A DNA stretch of 64,000 bases, from positions 1,472,001-1,536,000 of the forward strand of contig JAXHNL010000002.1 of the NCBI GenBank assembly GCA_034520565.1. Direction: 5' to 3'. The translations under genes and the position numbers were made by a program. How positions within the stretch are numbered: the first letter of the stretch is position 1; each line of letters begins with the position of its first letter. The DNA is from Halodesulfurarchaeum sp. Lineage in GTDB: Archaea; Halobacteriota; Halobacteria; Halobacteriales; Halobacteriaceae. The notes under the pieces are model-generated. The model was not told the DNA's origin, searched no databases, and saw only the letters and a list, made by a program, of their open reading frames with translations. Shown here piece after piece: positions 1-10,881 of the stretch.

Positions 1-870
1 GCGACCGTCGAACACCTGCTCGGAGAGCAATCCGCCCCCTGGTCTGGCGATGATCCCGATCGCGGGGAACAGTGCGGTCACGGCACCGCCGAGGGCCAGG
101 TCGATCTCGAACGTCGAGGTGAGGTAGGTCGGCATCCAGCTGTTGTAGATCATGTAGGTCATGTAGGAAAGCAGGGAGATGAAACCGACCCCCCAGACGC
201 CACGGTTCGTGAGCGCCTGGCGAAGGTCTGCCCGGGTCGCAGTCGATTCTCGTGACATCGTTGCATCCAGTTGACGGTCGATGAGCCAGAAAGCGACGCC
301 GAAGCCGAACCCCAGCACCGCATAGACGCCGAACGTCGCCGTCCAGTCGAGCATATCGGCGACGAGGGGGCCAGTGAACTGGCCGAACGCATAGCCCGCG
401 GGATACCCGGTTACGAAGAAACCGACCGCTGTCGCCTCGCGCTTTGCGGGAAATGCCCGGGTGATCATGGCCGTCTGGGCGATCCAGATCGTGAGCAGCC
501 CGAACCCACCGACGACCCGGCTGGCGAGGAGGGCGAGATAGGCCGTCTCGGCGGCGAATGCCGAATTGGCGAGACCGACACCGAGTAACAGCCCCACAGA
601 GAGGATCACTGCGAGACCGTTATCGACCCTGTCGAGTGCCATCCCGACGGGGATCCCCACGACGACGGCGGGGACCTGTGGGGCCGTGATGATCCAGGCC
701 GCAGCGGTCTCCTCGATCCCGAATGCCGCCATCGTGAGCGGGAGCACACTCGACGGTGTGATCGCCCACGCGCCGATGAACAGCCAGAGCAGCCAGCCCG
801 TCGCGACCAACCCGACCGGACCCAACCCCTGGGTCCCCGTCAGTTCTTCGAGCCGGTTTCGCCAGTGCAT
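1..870 (-). CDS. MFS transporter (runs off the window start)
   Basis: Manual translation from ATG at 870: MHWRNRLEELTGTQGLGPVGLVATGWLLWLFIGAWAITPSSVLP..., successive hydrophobic helices; not in ORF track because there is no stop in the window. Confidence 0.75.
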   Translation of the reverse strand, partial: MHWRNRLEELTGTQGLGPVGLVATGWLLWLFIGAWAITPSSVLPLTMAAFGIEETAAAWIITAPQVPAVVVGIPVGMALDRVDNGLAVILSVGLLLGVGLANSAFAAETAYLALLASRVVGGFGLLTIWIAQTAMITRAFPAKREATAVGFFVTGYPAGYAFGQFTGPLVADMLDWTATFGVYAVLGFGFGVAFWLIDRQLDATMSRESTATRADLRQALTNRGVWGVGFISLLSYMTYMIYNSWMPTYLTSTFEIDLALGGAVTALFPAIGIIARPGGGLLSEQVFDGR

Positions 871-927
871 ACAGGTCCGTCGGGCGGTTTTCCTGCCGGT
901 CGCTTAATACTGCTGAATGCCCGCCGG

Positions 928-2109
928 TCAGGTGGCCGTACTCACGATCTTGATGACGTCCCCCTCTTCGAGTTCGTACTCCTCTCCAACCTCCCGATTC
1001 GAGCGAGCGTTCACTGCGTGGAGATAGCCGTCGCCGATGTCCGAATGCACCGCGTAGGCGAGATCTCGAGGGGTCGACCCCTTCGGGAGGAGAAACGCGT
1101 CAGGGAGCACGTTTCCGTGCGTGTCGGTCCAGTGGGTGGCGTCCTGCACGGGAAAGACCGTCAGATGATCGAGTAACTCGTACACAGCGGTGTTCAACGC
1201 GGTTTGGACGCCGGTGCCGTCCCAGCGGTCCATGGTCGATTCGAGGGCGTCGAGCGTGGACTCGATGCTCTCGCCGAGGGATTCGATCACCGTGAACGAC
1301 CCGTCGCCCGGATCGTACTTGATTGCCCCCTGCTCGACCCCCCGCCGGAGCGCAAGTTCGCCCTCTGCTGTCGCCGGGACGACCGGTCGGTCGAGATTCA
1401 GCAGGGTCTGGACGTTCTCGGCCGGGGCGACATCTACCTTGTTCGCGACGACGACGATCGGTTTCGTCCGGACCCGGATTTCGACGGCCAGGGCCTCCCG
1501 CTGGTCGTCGGTCCACTTCACCGGATCTTCGGGATAGTCGATAGCCCGCAGGCTTGCCGCGACGTCCGCCACCGTCGCGCCGAATCCCGTGAGCATCTCC
1601 GTCAGTGCCTCGTCGATGTCGAATCCCGGCGATCGGGACTGTCGTTCGATGGACTCCCAGTTTCGGTCGACGATCGAGGCCAACCACAGGTCCATCTCCC
1701 GTTCGATGAAATCGACGTCATCGAGTGGGTCGTGGCTCCCGATCTCGACCGGTTCGCCCTCGGCGTTTGTCCCGCCGGAGGCGTCGACGACGTTGAGGAT
1801 GGCGTCCGCGTCGGTCAACTCGTCGAGGAACTGGTTGCCGAGGCCGCGCCCCTCGTGAGCGCCGGGAACGAGGCCGGCCACGTCGAGGAGTTCGACCGGG
1901 ACGTACCGCTTTCCGTCGTGGCAGGTGTCGTTTCCGCACCGGTTCTCGCGTTCGAGACAGGGACACTCGGTGCGGACGTGGGAGATACCGCGGTTCGCGT
2001 CTATCGTGGTAAACGGGTAATTGGCCACGTCGACCTCGGCCATGGTGGCAGCGGTGTAGAAGGTGGACTTGCCGGCGTTGGGCTTCCCGGCAAGGGCCAG
2101 CGAGAGCAT
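928..2109 (-). CDS. ychF: Obg-family ATPase/GTPase YchF with C-terminal TGS domain
   Basis: GKPNAGKST, YPFTT, DVAGLV, NKVD motifs; C-terminal TGS-like AVHSDIG...LEEGDVIKIV. Confidence 0.92.
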   Translation of the reverse strand: MLSLALAGKPNAGKSTFYTAATMAEVDVANYPFTTIDANRGISHVRTECPCLERENRCGNDTCHDGKRYVPVELLDVAGLVPGAHEGRGLGNQFLDELTDADAILNVVDASGGTNAEGEPVEIGSHDPLDDVDFIEREMDLWLASIVDRNWESIERQSRSPGFDIDEALTEMLTGFGATVADVAASLRAIDYPEDPVKWTDDQREALAVEIRVRTKPIVVVANKVDVAPAENVQTLLNLDRPVVPATAEGELALRRGVEQGAIKYDPGDGSFTVIESLGESIESTLDALESTMDRWDGTGVQTALNTAVYELLDHLTVFPVQDATHWTDTHGNVLPDAFLLPKGSTPRDLAYAVHSDIGDGYLHAVNARSNREVGEEYELEEGDVIKIVSTAT

Positions 2110-2183
2110 ACAAGCAGGTACCGGGACCGCGTGAAATTACTTTTCGGTCCGGTCACAACTGGGTTTTCGGTCCGGCCAGGCAA

Positions 2184-3056
2184 TCATTCGGGTTCTCGCG
2201 TGGTCGCCCCGTCGAGTTGCATCGCGCCGGTGGCCCTGATCGTCCCGTCGACGTCCGCGTCCCGGCTGAGGGTGACGTCGGCACCTGACACGTCGCCGAG
2301 GACGCTCGCACCGGCTTTCACGGTTATGTCGCCGTTTCGGGTCGTCACGTCGCCGTGGACGGTCGTTCCGGATCCGACCGCGATATCTCCCCGGGCCCGG
2401 AGACTACCGAAGACGTCGTTGTCCTCGCCGACGACGATCTCCTCGGCGCGGATGTTCCCGTGTAGTCGGCAGTCATTCCCGATCTCCGCCGGGGTGGAAA
2501 CCCGCCAGACGTCGTCCCCGACGGTCGCATTGTGGGGAATACGGACGGGATCCAGATCCGGATCCGCCCCGAGCTCCTCGATGAGGGATTCGGCCTCCTC
2601 GGCCTCGCCCAGCCGGAGGAGGTGGGTGAGATAGATCATGAAGAAGACGACCGTGGGCATGGGGTTCCGGATGACGATCCAACCGTTGGCCTCGAACCCC
2701 TCCTCGATGTCGACGTCGTCCCCGATGTCGAGGTCCCCGCCGACGACGAGGCGACCGGTTACATTGACCCGCTCTCCGAGGTAGGCGTCCTCGCCGACGA
2801 GGACGTTCCCGTCGACCGAACACCACATGTCGAGCCGGCAGTCCCCCTCCATTTCGATGTCGCCCTCGAAGGAGACCCGCTCCCCGGCGACGAGACTCCG
2901 GCCCCGCAATCCGAACTCGACGGTACTGCCGCCGCCGATGAGCACGTCCCCGTCCGTGACGAGGTCGTGTTCCTGCACCTCCGTGCCGTCGGGGATCGTG
3001 AGCCGGTCGATCGGGTCGGTCGCGAGCACACCCGGCCCGAGTATTCCCACGGGCAT
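2184..3056 (-). CDS. Beta-helix repeat protein (polymer-forming cytoskeletal/bactofilin-like, COG4801-like)
   Basis: Repeated GxV/GDI/GNV units in two blocks split by a short hydrophobic segment. Confidence 0.7.
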   Translation of the reverse strand: MPVGILGPGVLATDPIDRLTIPDGTEVQEHDLVTDGDVLIGGGSTVEFGLRGRSLVAGERVSFEGDIEMEGDCRLDMWCSVDGNVLVGEDAYLGERVNVTGRLVVGGDLDIGDDVDIEEGFEANGWIVIRNPMPTVVFFMIYLTHLLRLGEAEEAESLIEELGADPDLDPVRIPHNATVGDDVWRVSTPAEIGNDCRLHGNIRAEEIVVGEDNDVFGSLRARGDIAVGSGTTVHGDVTTRNGDITVKAGASVLGDVSGADVTLSRDADVDGTIRATGAMQLDGATTREPE

Positions 3057-3118
3057 AAAGGCCCCGAGGCGGCGACTCGACCCGGTTGCTTAAGCCCGCG
3101 TGTGTCGAACGCCTCGCT

Positions 3119-3334
3119 ATGACTGTCCTTTCCTTCGACCAGCACGGGGTCGACGTCGTGTATGAGTCCACGGAGTTCCGGATGGAGCGGGCGCTCATCG
3201 AAGACGCAACCGGTGAGCCCTTCGAATCGGTGACCGACCACGAAGTGCTCAAGCTGGTCGAGCCCGATCCCGAGCTTACCGGTGAGCCCCGACGGATCGA
3301 GGACATTCTCCGGGCGAAAAACAGTACGAATTAA
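3119..3334 (+). CDS. Small conserved haloarchaeal protein (DUF5800-like)
   Basis: Acidic 71-aa ORF MTVLSFDQHGVDVVYES...VTDHEVLKLVEP. Confidence 0.7.
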   Translation: MTVLSFDQHGVDVVYESTEFRMERALIEDATGEPFESVTDHEVLKLVEPDPELTGEPRRIEDILRAKNSTN

Positions 3335-3358
3335 CTACTCCCGTCCACAATCACCTGT

Positions 3359-3493
3359 ATGGACCTCACCGTCGACCAGTTCAAACACGACTCGTGGCGC
3401 TCGATCGTCGGGATGGGTATCGGCTACGTCGGCCTGCTGGCACTCGTTCTGGTCGTCCTCTTCATCGTTCCCTTCCTGATCGTCTGGCTGTAG
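3359..3493 (+). CDS. 44-aa single-pass membrane protein
   Basis: Manual translation MDLTVDQFKHDSWRSIVGMGIGYVGLLALVLVVLFIVPFLIVWL*; fills the intergenic gap. Confidence 0.6.
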   Translation: MDLTVDQFKHDSWRSIVGMGIGYVGLLALVLVVLFIVPFLIVWL

Positions 3494-3509
3494 CACCCGC
3501 TTGCGCGGA

Positions 3510-4830
3510 TCAGTTCTCGACTTCTTCGCTCGCGATAACGGTGCCATTCGGGAGTTCCGGATCCGGCTTGCGCCCCAGTGTCAGCAGTCGCTCGGTGAGA
3601 GTGAGTTCGTCGGGCGCGGGAGTCGGCTTCTCTACTTCCTCGAATTCGACGTGGATTCCCCCCTCGTCTCGGGCGATTCGTACGGCCCCGAGCTGGTATG
3701 ACGGATAAAAGACGGAGGGAAGAATGCCCATGATTCCGTCCCGGCGATGGAGCCGTTTGAGCCACGTCCCGGTGTTGACGAGCGCCCGTCCATCCACGCG
3801 TTCGAGTTTTGGTCTGTGCGTATGTCCATAGCAGTAGACCGCCGTTTCGGGCCGTTCGGCGAAAACGTCGCGGGCTCGTTGCTCGTAGGGCTCGTTCGGG
3901 TCGACCGTCAGGTCGGTCTCGAAGACCCCGAATCGGTTGATGGTCTGGCGAACGTCCCGGCGGAGGAAGTAAAGCGGGATGCCCACGAGCAGGAGTATTC
4001 CGGCCACCGCCACGTTGATCGCGAGGAGGAACCAGAGAGCCGTCCCGGCGGTCCCGAACTGGCCCAGAAAGGCGGTCCCGAGATCGATCGGGACCGACCA
4101 GACGTCGAGCACGTCCAATCCCGCGAGGATGGCGAGTACGGCACTGATGTTGAAAAGTAACATGAACGGAATCAGCGCGTACCGAATCAGCGGGTTCATC
4201 TCGCGGTAGAAGTATTTCGAGATCAGCCAGACTGGAATCCGTTCGGTCGGCGTGACCGCCTGCACGTCCTTGAGCCAGTTGTATCGGCCCCGGTCGGACA
4301 GCTGTCCGGCTCGACTCGTGAACAGCGTGTTGAAGTAATAGCCGACTGGCGTGGCGTGGGGGTTTCCCCACTCCCGGATTCGATTGTTCGGATCTTGTTG
4401 GCTTCCGTGCTCGAAATAGATCGCCTGGTCGCCGATTTCCCGGACCAGCGATGGGGTCTTGTACCAGATCGACGTTGTAGGCCGCAAATTTGTCGACGTA
4501 CTCGTCGTAGGCCGCGAGTTCGTGGTCGTGATTGCCCGGCAGAATGGTGATATCGACGTTTTCGCCGGTCGCCTCCAACTGCTCGAAGAGGCTCGGGTAG
4601 GTCCCCACGAGGTGATCGAATTTTTCCAGACCCTCGAGTTCGGTAAACTCCCAGAGGCCGAATGCGTCACCGTTGATCACCAGTTCGGCGTTCTCGTCTG
4701 TTCGCTCCAATCGTTCGAGAAACTCTGAGCAACTCGTCGAAAGGAAATCGACCTGCTCCAGTTGTTCGTCACCGCCGATGTGGAGGTCGCTGATTACGTC
4801 GTAAACCCGATCGTTACCCGACCCGCCCAT
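3510..4830 (-). CDS. Calcineurin-like metallophosphoesterase with internal membrane hairpin (frameshift near 4450)
   Basis: SDLHIG, NGD, GNHD in one frame; EHG, GHTH, NTGTW and two TM helices in the next frame. Confidence 0.8.
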
Positions 4831-4897
4831 TTCGTATACCGTGTCGGCGGAACGAGTTGAGCCTGTCGGTCGAAAATGGAGAGCCGCGGCGACCCGA

Positions 4898-6112
4898 TCA
4901 GGCGAACGTCTTCGAGACGTCGTCGTCTTCCTCGCCGGCCTCGAGTTTTTCGCGGGCCTCCCGGAAGTCCGGCCATCGCGGACCTCCGTCCGGTCGTCGC
5001 GGATGGCGAACATCCCGGCCTCCGTGCAGATGGCCTTGATGTCGGCACCGGAGGCGTCCTCGGTCGTCGCGGCGAGCGTGCTCGAAGTCGACGTCGTCGG
5101 CGACGTTCATGTTCCGGGTGTGGATCTCGAAGATCTTCTCGCGGCCCTCCTCGTCGGGCTTCGGCACCTCGATGAGGCGGTCGAACCGGCCGGGCCGGAG
5201 GATGGCGCGGTCGAGCATGTCGAAGCGGTTGGTCGCGGCGATGATGCGGATCTCGCCGCGGTCCTCGAAGCCGTCCATCTCCGAGAGCAGCTGCATCATC
5301 GTCCGCTGGACCTCGGCGTCGCCGGAGGTCTTCGAGTCCGTCCGCTTGGCGGCGATGGCGTCGATCTCGTCGATGAAGATGACGGCGGGCTCGTGCTGGC
5401 GGGCGAGCTCGAAGAGGTCCCGGACGAGCTTCGCGCCCTCGCCGATGAACTTGTGGACGAGTTCGGAGCCGGCCATCTTGATGAACGTCGCGTCGGTCTG
5501 GTTGGCGACGGCCTTCGCGAGCATCGTCTTGCCGGTGCCCGGCGGGCCGTGGAGCAGGACGCCGCTCGGCGGGTCGATGCCGACGTCGTCGAACATCTCC
5601 GGGTTCTTGAGCGGCATCTCGACGGTCTCGCGGACCTCGTCGATCTGCTCGTCGATGCCGCCGATGTCCTCGTAGGCGACGTCGGGACTCTCCTCGACCT
5701 GCATCACGCGGGCGCGGACGTCCGTCTCGTCGTCGAGCTGCTTGACGATCGAGAGGGAGTTGTTGACTGCGACCCGGGCGCTGGGCTCGAGGTCTTCGCG
5801 CATCTCGTCGGTGACCTCGGTGAGGGCCTCCTGGTTGTTGCCGTGCTGCTTGATGATGACGCCCTCGTCGGTGATCTCCTGGACCGTGGCGACGAACAGC
5901 GGCGACTGCTTGAGCTTCTTGTTCTCGTGGGTGAGCCGCTCGAGTTTCTGCTGGTACTTGTTGTTCTCCGCGTTCGCGTCGAGGAGCTTGTCGCGCATCT
6001 CCTCGTTCTGTGCCTCGAGAACCTCGAGGCGTTCCTGGAGCGCCTCGATCTTCTCCTGCTGGGACGCCTCCTCGTCGTAGGGGAGATCGACGTCGTCCAC
6101 GGTTTCGGTCAT
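4898..6112 (-). CDS. pan: Proteasome-activating nucleotidase (compensating indels near C-terminus)
   Basis: N-terminal coiled coil, GPPGTGKT, FIDEID, AATNRFDMLDRAILRPGRFDR. Confidence 0.95.
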   Translation of the reverse strand: MTETVDDVDLPYDEEASQQEKIEALQERLEVLEAQNEEMRDKLLDANAENNKYQQKLERLTHENKKLKQSPLFVATVQEITDEGVIIKQHGNNQEALTEVTDEMREDLEPSARVAVNNSLSIVKQLDDETDVRARVMQVEESPDVAYEDIGGIDEQIDEVRETVEMPLKNPEMFDDVGIDPPSGVLLHGPPGTGKTMLAKAVANQTDATFIKMAGSELVHKFIGEGAKLVRDLFELARQHEPAVIFIDEIDAIAAKRTDSKTSGDAEVQRTMMQLLSEMDGFEDRGEIRIIAATNRFDMLDRAILRPGRFDRLIEVPKPDEEGREKIFEIHTRNMNVADDVDFEHARRDDRGRLRCRHQGHLHGGRDVRHPRRPDGGPRWPDFREAREKLEAGEEDDDVSKTFA

Positions 6113-6270
6113 CAGGGACAGGTAGGGTACTGTCTCATAAGAGGGTTCGGGTGGTGGCACCGTCTGCTGGGCGTCAGCCGCCCTTCCAGGGATTCGGGCC
6201 GCCTGCGGTCGAATCCTCGTCGCGGGCCATCGAAATTAAACGTGATGGGACATAAGGTTCCAGCACCCGG

Positions 6271-7536
6271 ATGACTCATGTCATACATACGGGCGATACG
6301 CACATCGGGTATCGCCAGTACCATCGCCCCGAACGCAGGAAGGATTTCCTGAATGCGTTCAGGCAGGTGGTCGCCGACGCCGTCGAGCAGGACGTCGATG
6401 CGGTCCTCCACGCGGGAGATCTCTTCAACGATCGCCGTCCCGGCCTCGGGGACCTCCGGGGCACGATTTCGATTCTCGAAGACCTCCGGGCGGCCGACAT
6501 TCCGTTCCTGGCTATCGTCGGCAACCACGAGGACGCGCGAAACGGCCAGTGGCTCGACCTCTTCGAACAGTTAGGTCTGGCCACTCATCTCGACCGCGAG
6601 GGAACGGTCATTGGCAATACAACCTTCTACGGCCTGGATTTCGTGCCGCGGGCCAAGCGCGACGCGCTCACCTACGATTTCGAATCGGCCTCGACCGACC
6701 ACACTGCACTCCTCGCCCACGGCCTCTTTTCCCCGTTTCCACACGGTGACTGGGATCTGGAGGATGTTCTGACGCGGGCGACCGTCGATTTCGATGCCGT
6801 GTTGCTCGGGGACGATCACACCCCGGCCCAGCAGCAGATCGACGACACGTGGGTGACCTACTGTGGCTCGACCGAGCGAACGAGTGCCTCCCAGCGGGAG
6901 CCGCGCGGATACAATCTCGTCACGTTCGATGGGAGCGTTTCGATCACGCGCCGGACAATCGACACCCGGAAGTTCGTCTTTGTCGACGTCGATCTCGCCC
7001 CGTCGGAGGGCGACTCGCTGGTTCGCGAACGGATTCGAGAGGTCGACGTCGAGGACAGTGTCGTCATCGTCACGATCGAAGGGGATGGCGAGTCGATTCC
7101 ACCGGCGGACATCGAAGCCGTCGGAGCCGAGGAGGGGGCGCTCGTGACCAGGGTAAACGACCGCCGGGAGGTCGACACCGAACGGGAGACGACCGTCTCC
7201 TTTGCCGATCCGGACGAGGCCGTCAGAGACCGGGTCAGAGAACTGGGACTGAGCGAGGTGGCCCGCTCGGTCGAGGAGTTGATTCGCGAAGACGAGGTCG
7301 CCCGGAGCAACGTCCGTGATCATGTCGTCGAAACGGTCGAGGGACGTCTCGAGGATCCCGAGGCGTTCGAGCCCGCACCCGAGCCAGAAACCGACGCTTC
7401 CGGCTCCGAAGGGGATCGAACTCCGGGTCCGGACGCCGAATCGTCGGCGGAGATCGAGCCGACGGACGAATCAGACGGGGACGAATCCGAACCGAAAGAA
7501 CCGGGCCAGGAAACCACGATGGAGGACTTCTTATGA
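6271..7536 (+). CDS. mre11: DNA double-strand break repair nuclease Mre11
   Basis: GDTHIG, AGDLF, GNHE, HG, GDDH motifs; upstream of rad50. Confidence 0.93.
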   Translation: MTHVIHTGDTHIGYRQYHRPERRKDFLNAFRQVVADAVEQDVDAVLHAGDLFNDRRPGLGDLRGTISILEDLRAADIPFLAIVGNHEDARNGQWLDLFEQLGLATHLDREGTVIGNTTFYGLDFVPRAKRDALTYDFESASTDHTALLAHGLFSPFPHGDWDLEDVLTRATVDFDAVLLGDDHTPAQQQIDDTWVTYCGSTERTSASQREPRGYNLVTFDGSVSITRRTIDTRKFVFVDVDLAPSEGDSLVRERIREVDVEDSVVIVTIEGDGESIPPADIEAVGAEEGALVTRVNDRREVDTERETTVSFADPDEAVRDRVRELGLSEVARSVEELIREDEVARSNVRDHVVETVEGRLEDPEAFEPAPEPETDASGSEGDRTPGPDAESSAEIEPTDESDGDESEPKEPGQETTMEDFL

Positions 7537-10203
7537 GGTTTCAGCGCCTTTCGCTCCGGAACTTCAAGTGCTTTGCCGACGCGGACGTGGATCTCTCTAT
7601 CGGGGTGACCGTCGTCCACGGAATCAACGGTAGTGGCAAATCCTCGTTGCTCGAGGCCTGCTTTTTCGCCCTGTACGGGGCGACGGCCATCGAACGGACG
7701 CTCGAAGAGATCGTGACCATCGGGGCCGAGGAGTCCGAGGTCGACCTCTGGTTCACCCACGAAGGTGAGGAGTACCACCTCTATCGCCGGATCCGGGCGA
7801 CTGGCGAACGGGCGGCCACGGCCGATTGCACCCTCGAGGGATCCGAGGAGACACTGACTGGGGTCGGGGACGTCGAGGCCGAAGTTCGCTCGATGCTCCG
7901 GATGGACGCCGAGGCGTTCGTGAACTCCGCGTTCGTCCGCCAGGGGGAGATCAACAAGCTCATCGAGGCCAGCCCGGCCGACAGGAAGCGGATGATCGAT
8001 CGGCTGCTACAACTCGGCCGCCTCGAAACTTATCGGGAACGGGCGACGGAGGCTCGATTGGGCGTCGAAACGTTCATGGAGCGACGCGCAGGCCGACTCG
8101 ACTCACTCGAGGAGCAGATCGAGGGGAAAGACGAATCCGCGCTGTACGAACGACAGTCCACACTCGAAACGGAAATAACGGAACTCGAATCGCGGATCGA
8201 AGAACTCGAGACGGGTCGCGAGGAGGCGCGGGAGACCCGATCCGCAGGCCGAATCGATCCTCGAGGACCACGAGGAACGACAGGACGCTCTCGAAACGGT
8301 CACGGAGCGGATCGAGGATCTTCGCGAGCGAATCGCCGAAACCGAGCGTCGCCGCGAGCAGCTCGGAGACGCTATTGCCGACATCCGGGAGACGATCGCG
8401 GAGCAGGAAGCCACAGTCGAATCGACGGCCGCGGAATTCGACCTCGAAACCGCCGACCTCGAGGCAATCGACGCGGCGGTCGAAACCGCACGGGAGCAAA
8501 AAGCGGCGATCACGGAGGAGATCATGGACCTTCGTGAGGCGGTTCAGTCGGCCGAACACGAGGCCGAAACGGCTGCCGACCGCGTCGAGGAGCTGACCGA
8601 ACGGGCCGAATCGAAGCGGGAACGCGCCGACGCGCTCGCGGACGAACGGAAGGAACTCGAAGCGACGATCGAATCGGAACGTGACGAAATACGGGAGGCC
8701 GGTGAAGCGATCGCCGAGTATCGATCGTCGTTCGAGGACGCGCCGATCGAATTCGGCGAGGCTGCCGAGTTCATCGAGGAACGGACCGACGAACTAGATC
8801 GGGTCAGAGAGGAGGCGACCGAACTCCGCGAGGAAATCGCCACCGTGGAAAACACGATCGAGGAGGGCGAGGCGCTGCTTGCCGCCGGCAAGTGTCCGGA
8901 GTGTGGTCAGCCGGTCGACGGCTCGCCCCACGTGGAATCCTTGGACGAGGATCGCGAGCGACTGGCCGACCTCGAGGCGGAGTTGGCGTCCGTGACCGAA
9001 CGCCGCGAGTCGATCGAAGAGGAAATCGATTGGGCAAAACTTCTCCGCGAGCACGAGCGGGAAGTCGAACGGCTTCGCTCCACGGTCCAATCTCGCGGCG
9101 AGCGGGTGGCCGAAACGCTCGAAGCGGTCGAGGACCGAAACGACCGGGTCGAGAAACTCCGGACGGAGGCTGGAGAACTGGAAACGGAGGCCGTCGAAAC
9201 CGAGTCGGCAGTCGAGGAGGCGACAGACCGAGCGGCCGACCTTCGGACAGAGATCGGCGACCGAAACAAGACACAGAGCGAACACACCGATCGGATCCAG
9301 GATCTCGAAACGCTGCGCGAGTCCGTGATGCAGGTAACGGAGAGACGGGATGCAGTCGAGAGCCACACGGAAACCCGTGCCGACCTCGCGGATCGGAACG
9401 ACGAACGCCGAGAGACCCTCGCCAACCTGCGGGAACGAAAGCAGTCACTCGGCGAGACGATCGACGAGACGCGGGTCGAGCAGGCCCGGACGGAGAAACA
9501 GCGGGCCGAGGAATACCTCGAACAGGTCGCAGAGACGCTCGCGGAAACGCGGGCCGAACGTGACGAGTGCCAGAGCGAACTCGGAGCGGTCGCAAACGAA
9601 ATAGCGGAACTGAGAGGCCTGGAGGAACAGCGGAACGCCGTCGCGGAAACTGTCGATTCTCTCGAATCGTTGCACGAGGAACTCGCGGCGGTAGAAACGA
9701 TGTACGCCGATCTCCGGGCTGACCTCCGCCAGCAGAACGTCGAGCGACTCGAAGCCCTGCTCAACGAGAGTTTCGACCTCGTCTATCGAAACGACTCGTA
9801 TTCCCGGATCGAACTGGACGGGAACTACGAACTAACCGTCTACCAGAAAGACGGATCGCCCCTCGACCCGGACCAACTCTCCGGTGGCGAGCGCGCCCTG
9901 TTCAATCTCAGTCTCCGGGCCGCGATCTACCGGCTCCTCGTGGAAGGGATCGATGGTGCAGCCCCAATGCCACCGCTCATCCTCGACGAGCCGACCGTGT
10001 TTCTCGACAGCGGCCACGTCACCCAGCTCGTCTCCCTCGTCGACTCGATGCGGGCCCTCGGTGTCGAACAGATCATCGTCGTGAGCCACGACGAGGAACT
10101 CATCGGGGCGGCAGACGACCTCCTCCGTGTCGAAAAGGATCCCACGACGAACCGCTCCAGCGTCGAATCCGTCCGACCCGAACTTCCGGGGACCGCAGAC
10201 TGA
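7533..10203 (+). CDS. rad50: DNA repair ATPase Rad50 (frameshift near 8243)
   Basis: GINGSGKSS, coiled coils, zinc hook CPECG, LSGGE, LDEPT; removing one C near 8243 joins the two ORFs. Confidence 0.92.
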
Positions 10204-10216
10204 GGCTGCACGCGAA

Positions 10217-10507
10217 TCAATTCGAAGGCGCCTCCCGGCGGTACCGCCAAACTGCCAGAACGAGGAGCAACGCACCCATTCCGGTGAGCAGGATTCCCCC
10301 GGCCAGCTTGGCGGTGAACGCGAGCAACACGAGTCCGGCACCCACTGCGAGCACGCCACCGTTGAGCAGGCCGGCCTGGAGGAGAAATTCGTGCCGGAGG
10401 CTCGCCTCCAGTTTGGCGGGGGCGAAGTCGCCAGAACCGTGTTCGAGCCCGTTTTCGGCTGGCCGGCCGCCGGGATCGCTCGACGATTCCTCCGTTGAAC
10501 GGCTCAC
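10217..10507 (-). CDS. Small 2-TM hypothetical membrane protein
   Basis: Two hydrophobic segments; fills gap. Confidence 0.55.
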   Translation of the reverse strand: MSRSTEESSSDPGGRPAENGLEHGSGDFAPAKLEASLRHEFLLQAGLLNGGVLAVGAGLVLLAFTAKLAGGILLTGMGALLLVLAVWRYRREAPSN

Positions 10508-10594
10508 GAGTAACCCGGCGAGTGGACTCTCGTTAAGTGTTACTGGTCGAGGGCTCTCGATCGAGAAATCGACGACTGAAACAAAAAAACCCGA

Positions 10595-10786
10595 TCAGCG
10601 GTTCTCCGTGAGCGACTCGACGGCTGTGGACTGGATCCAGGCGAGGGGATTGTCGCCATCATAGAGGACGATGCCGTCCACTGTCTCGTAGGCCTCGATA
10701 TCATCCTCGACGGACTCACCGTCCGGTAGCTCCGGCACGTCGGCGCGTCGGTCCTCGCCTTTGGCGTGGTCGTCCACAGGTGGCAC
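10595..10786 (-). CDS. Small acidic conserved haloarchaeal protein
   Basis: IEAYETVDGIVLYDGDNPLAWIQS; T-tract downstream on the minus strand (10583-10589). Confidence 0.65.
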   Translation of the reverse strand: MPPVDDHAKGEDRRADVPELPDGESVEDDIEAYETVDGIVLYDGDNPLAWIQSTAVESLTENR

Positions 10787-10881
10787 CTCGTCATGTGGTA
10801 TGAAGTCACATGGTAAAGGCCTTTCCCCAACGGCGGGGAGTCCCGGACCACTTTTCAGGGACGGCCCCAATTCCTCTGGCA

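Noticed and set aside
1204-2634. Long antisense ORFs (also 4841-6274, 10855-12216, 14193-15494, 16798-17898)
   Set aside because: Shadow frames of real genes, expected in high-GC DNA
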